This document shows, in pieces, positions 61,916 to 64,000 of a stretch of 64,000 nt of DNA (positions are counted from its first letter, which is position 1; each line of letters begins with the position of its first letter). The stretch spans positions 27,838,001 to 27,902,000 of the forward strand of contig NC_043001.1 in NCBI RefSeq assembly GCF_006345805.1. The letters run 5' to 3'. This DNA is from Octopus sinensis. Lineage: Eukaryota. Made by a program: the position numbers and the translations under genes. The notes under the pieces are model-generated. The model had not been told where the DNA came from and did no database searches. It saw nothing but the letters and a program-made list of their open reading frames with translations.

Positions 61916-63029
61916 TGTATGTGTATAATATATATATATATATATACATATATACCTGTGTGTATGTGTATGTATTATTGAGCGTGCATTTACATGTATG
62001 TGTATTTATATTCCTATTATGTGAATATGTATGTGTTTTGTTTTATTGTATTTGGATATGTATATGCTTCTATGTAGGTGGGAGTATTGTCTTGGTTTCA
62101 CTACTGTTCATTTAGATTGAAAGCATTTCGAGATCGTTTGACCTTTTAACTCTATTTGAAAATAAATGTTGTTCAGTACTATTCGTAATCCCGGGGAAAA
62201 TTGTGGTACCAGAAAATAGACTAGTTTACTTACAACCTCAACCCCACAATATACTCTGTACGATTCCCTTCGATGTCTATTAACCAATGACCGAAGTAAT
62301 GCATTCACGTCAGGAATAGAAATAATAGATACAGTTTGGTTTTTATATTAAATTCATTGTTTAGCCATGTTTCGGAAAAAGACATTAACTACACGAACCC
62401 TGCTTTGACCTCAAATGTTTGTGAAACACATAAAAGGAGTCGAATCACGGACCTTCACTAAAACAATTCACGCAACTGTGGGCTACACATCAGCTAATGG
62501 TAATTAATTTCGTTCACGCTAGATTTTTGCCGAAATGCAAACACGTGGGTTGGCTACCGCTCAGCACACTAACTATGCCCATTCAGGCGCCCTCATGTCA
62601 CAAAAAAAAAAAAAAAAAAAAAACCAAAAAAAAAAACGAAACAAAAAATAAAACCCTAAAACAATTTCAACCCGAATCATTCATAAATATTGATTATTAT
62701 GTCAGCAGACACGAAAACGCGTTGATTCACTTTAGTTATATTTACACTGGATGTCAGCTAAAACAAACACACATACACACACACACACTCGCATAATACG
62801 AACACATGTACTCAGAATGACATACTCACATAGGCATATAGTGCTATAATAGATTATGCTATTTGCTCTTTGTAGCAACACCACCCAGCCACTCCCCGGG
62901 ACAGTTGAGAAAACTAACAAATGAACAGTTGAATGAACAAATAAACACAGTGCCCATTCTGTCTGATTGCCAGTCCGTCTGTTTATCTGCCTGTCTAATA
63001 ATGAATGTATGTGTGTACGTACGTATATA

Positions 63030-63650
<621 letters not shown>

Positions 63651-64000
63651 TATGCCGGAGCTGCATACATATCAGGCAAGGAAGGTCTCTGTTAAGACCG
63701 CATGTACGTATGGATATAAAACAAATAGCAGACTAGTATTAGTAGTAGTAGTAGGAAGAGGAGAAGGAGGAGGAGGAGGAAGGGGGGAAAAGGAAGAATG
63801 AGAGAAAGAAGAAAAGTAGGATGAGATAGGGTGGGAGTGGGAGGGAATGAGAAGGGAACAAAACGGTCGAAAGGTGGTCAGGTCATGGATGATAAAATAA
63901 CAATCAAAATTTCTATATATGTGAGTCTGATCGAATGTTGACTTTTATGATTTTTTTATGGTTCTGTGCACATGCGCACGTTTGTCTCTTTCTGTTATCT

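Noticed and set aside
62228-62275. Minus-strand DIEGNRTEYIVGLR with a GTAAGT donor (FN3-like)
   Set aside because: Acceptor lacks a pyrimidine tract, spacing deviates from the FN3 strand pattern, and there are no partner exons.

Overview
Eukaryotic, AT-rich, extremely microsatellite-rich DNA with one 100-N scaffold gap (38410-38509). The SINE families and microsatellite load look like an octopus (coleoid cephalopod) genome; this is from my recall of these repeats, not a database search. Most of the window is transposon debris: more than 40 copies or fragments of tRNA-headed SINEs (my labels A, B, C, D), three related LTR-like elements (two are solo LTRs with 4-bp TSDs), a decayed mariner, a near-complete decayed Tigger/pogo transposon, two L1/Tx1-clade RT fragments, a non-autonomous Helitron nested in a pogo-like MITE, hAT and mariner MITEs, and Penelope-like remnants. 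No complete host gene, rRNA, intact tRNA or CRISPR array is supported, and almost all long ORFs in the track are translated microsatellites. The best host-gene evidence is a 30-codon minus-strand exon at 5966-6055 with a DxxxLL motif, and a canonically spaced TATA+Inr plus-strand promoter at about 34416-34451 that may head a chain of phase-1 micro-exons. The most unusual structural signals are several minimal hammerhead-ribozyme-like motifs (best at 43414-43458), the same palindromic SINE-dimer junction seen three times, closely spaced inverted young SINE pairs (possible dsRNA/ADAR substrates) and a duplication-inversion scar at 12-12.9 kb.
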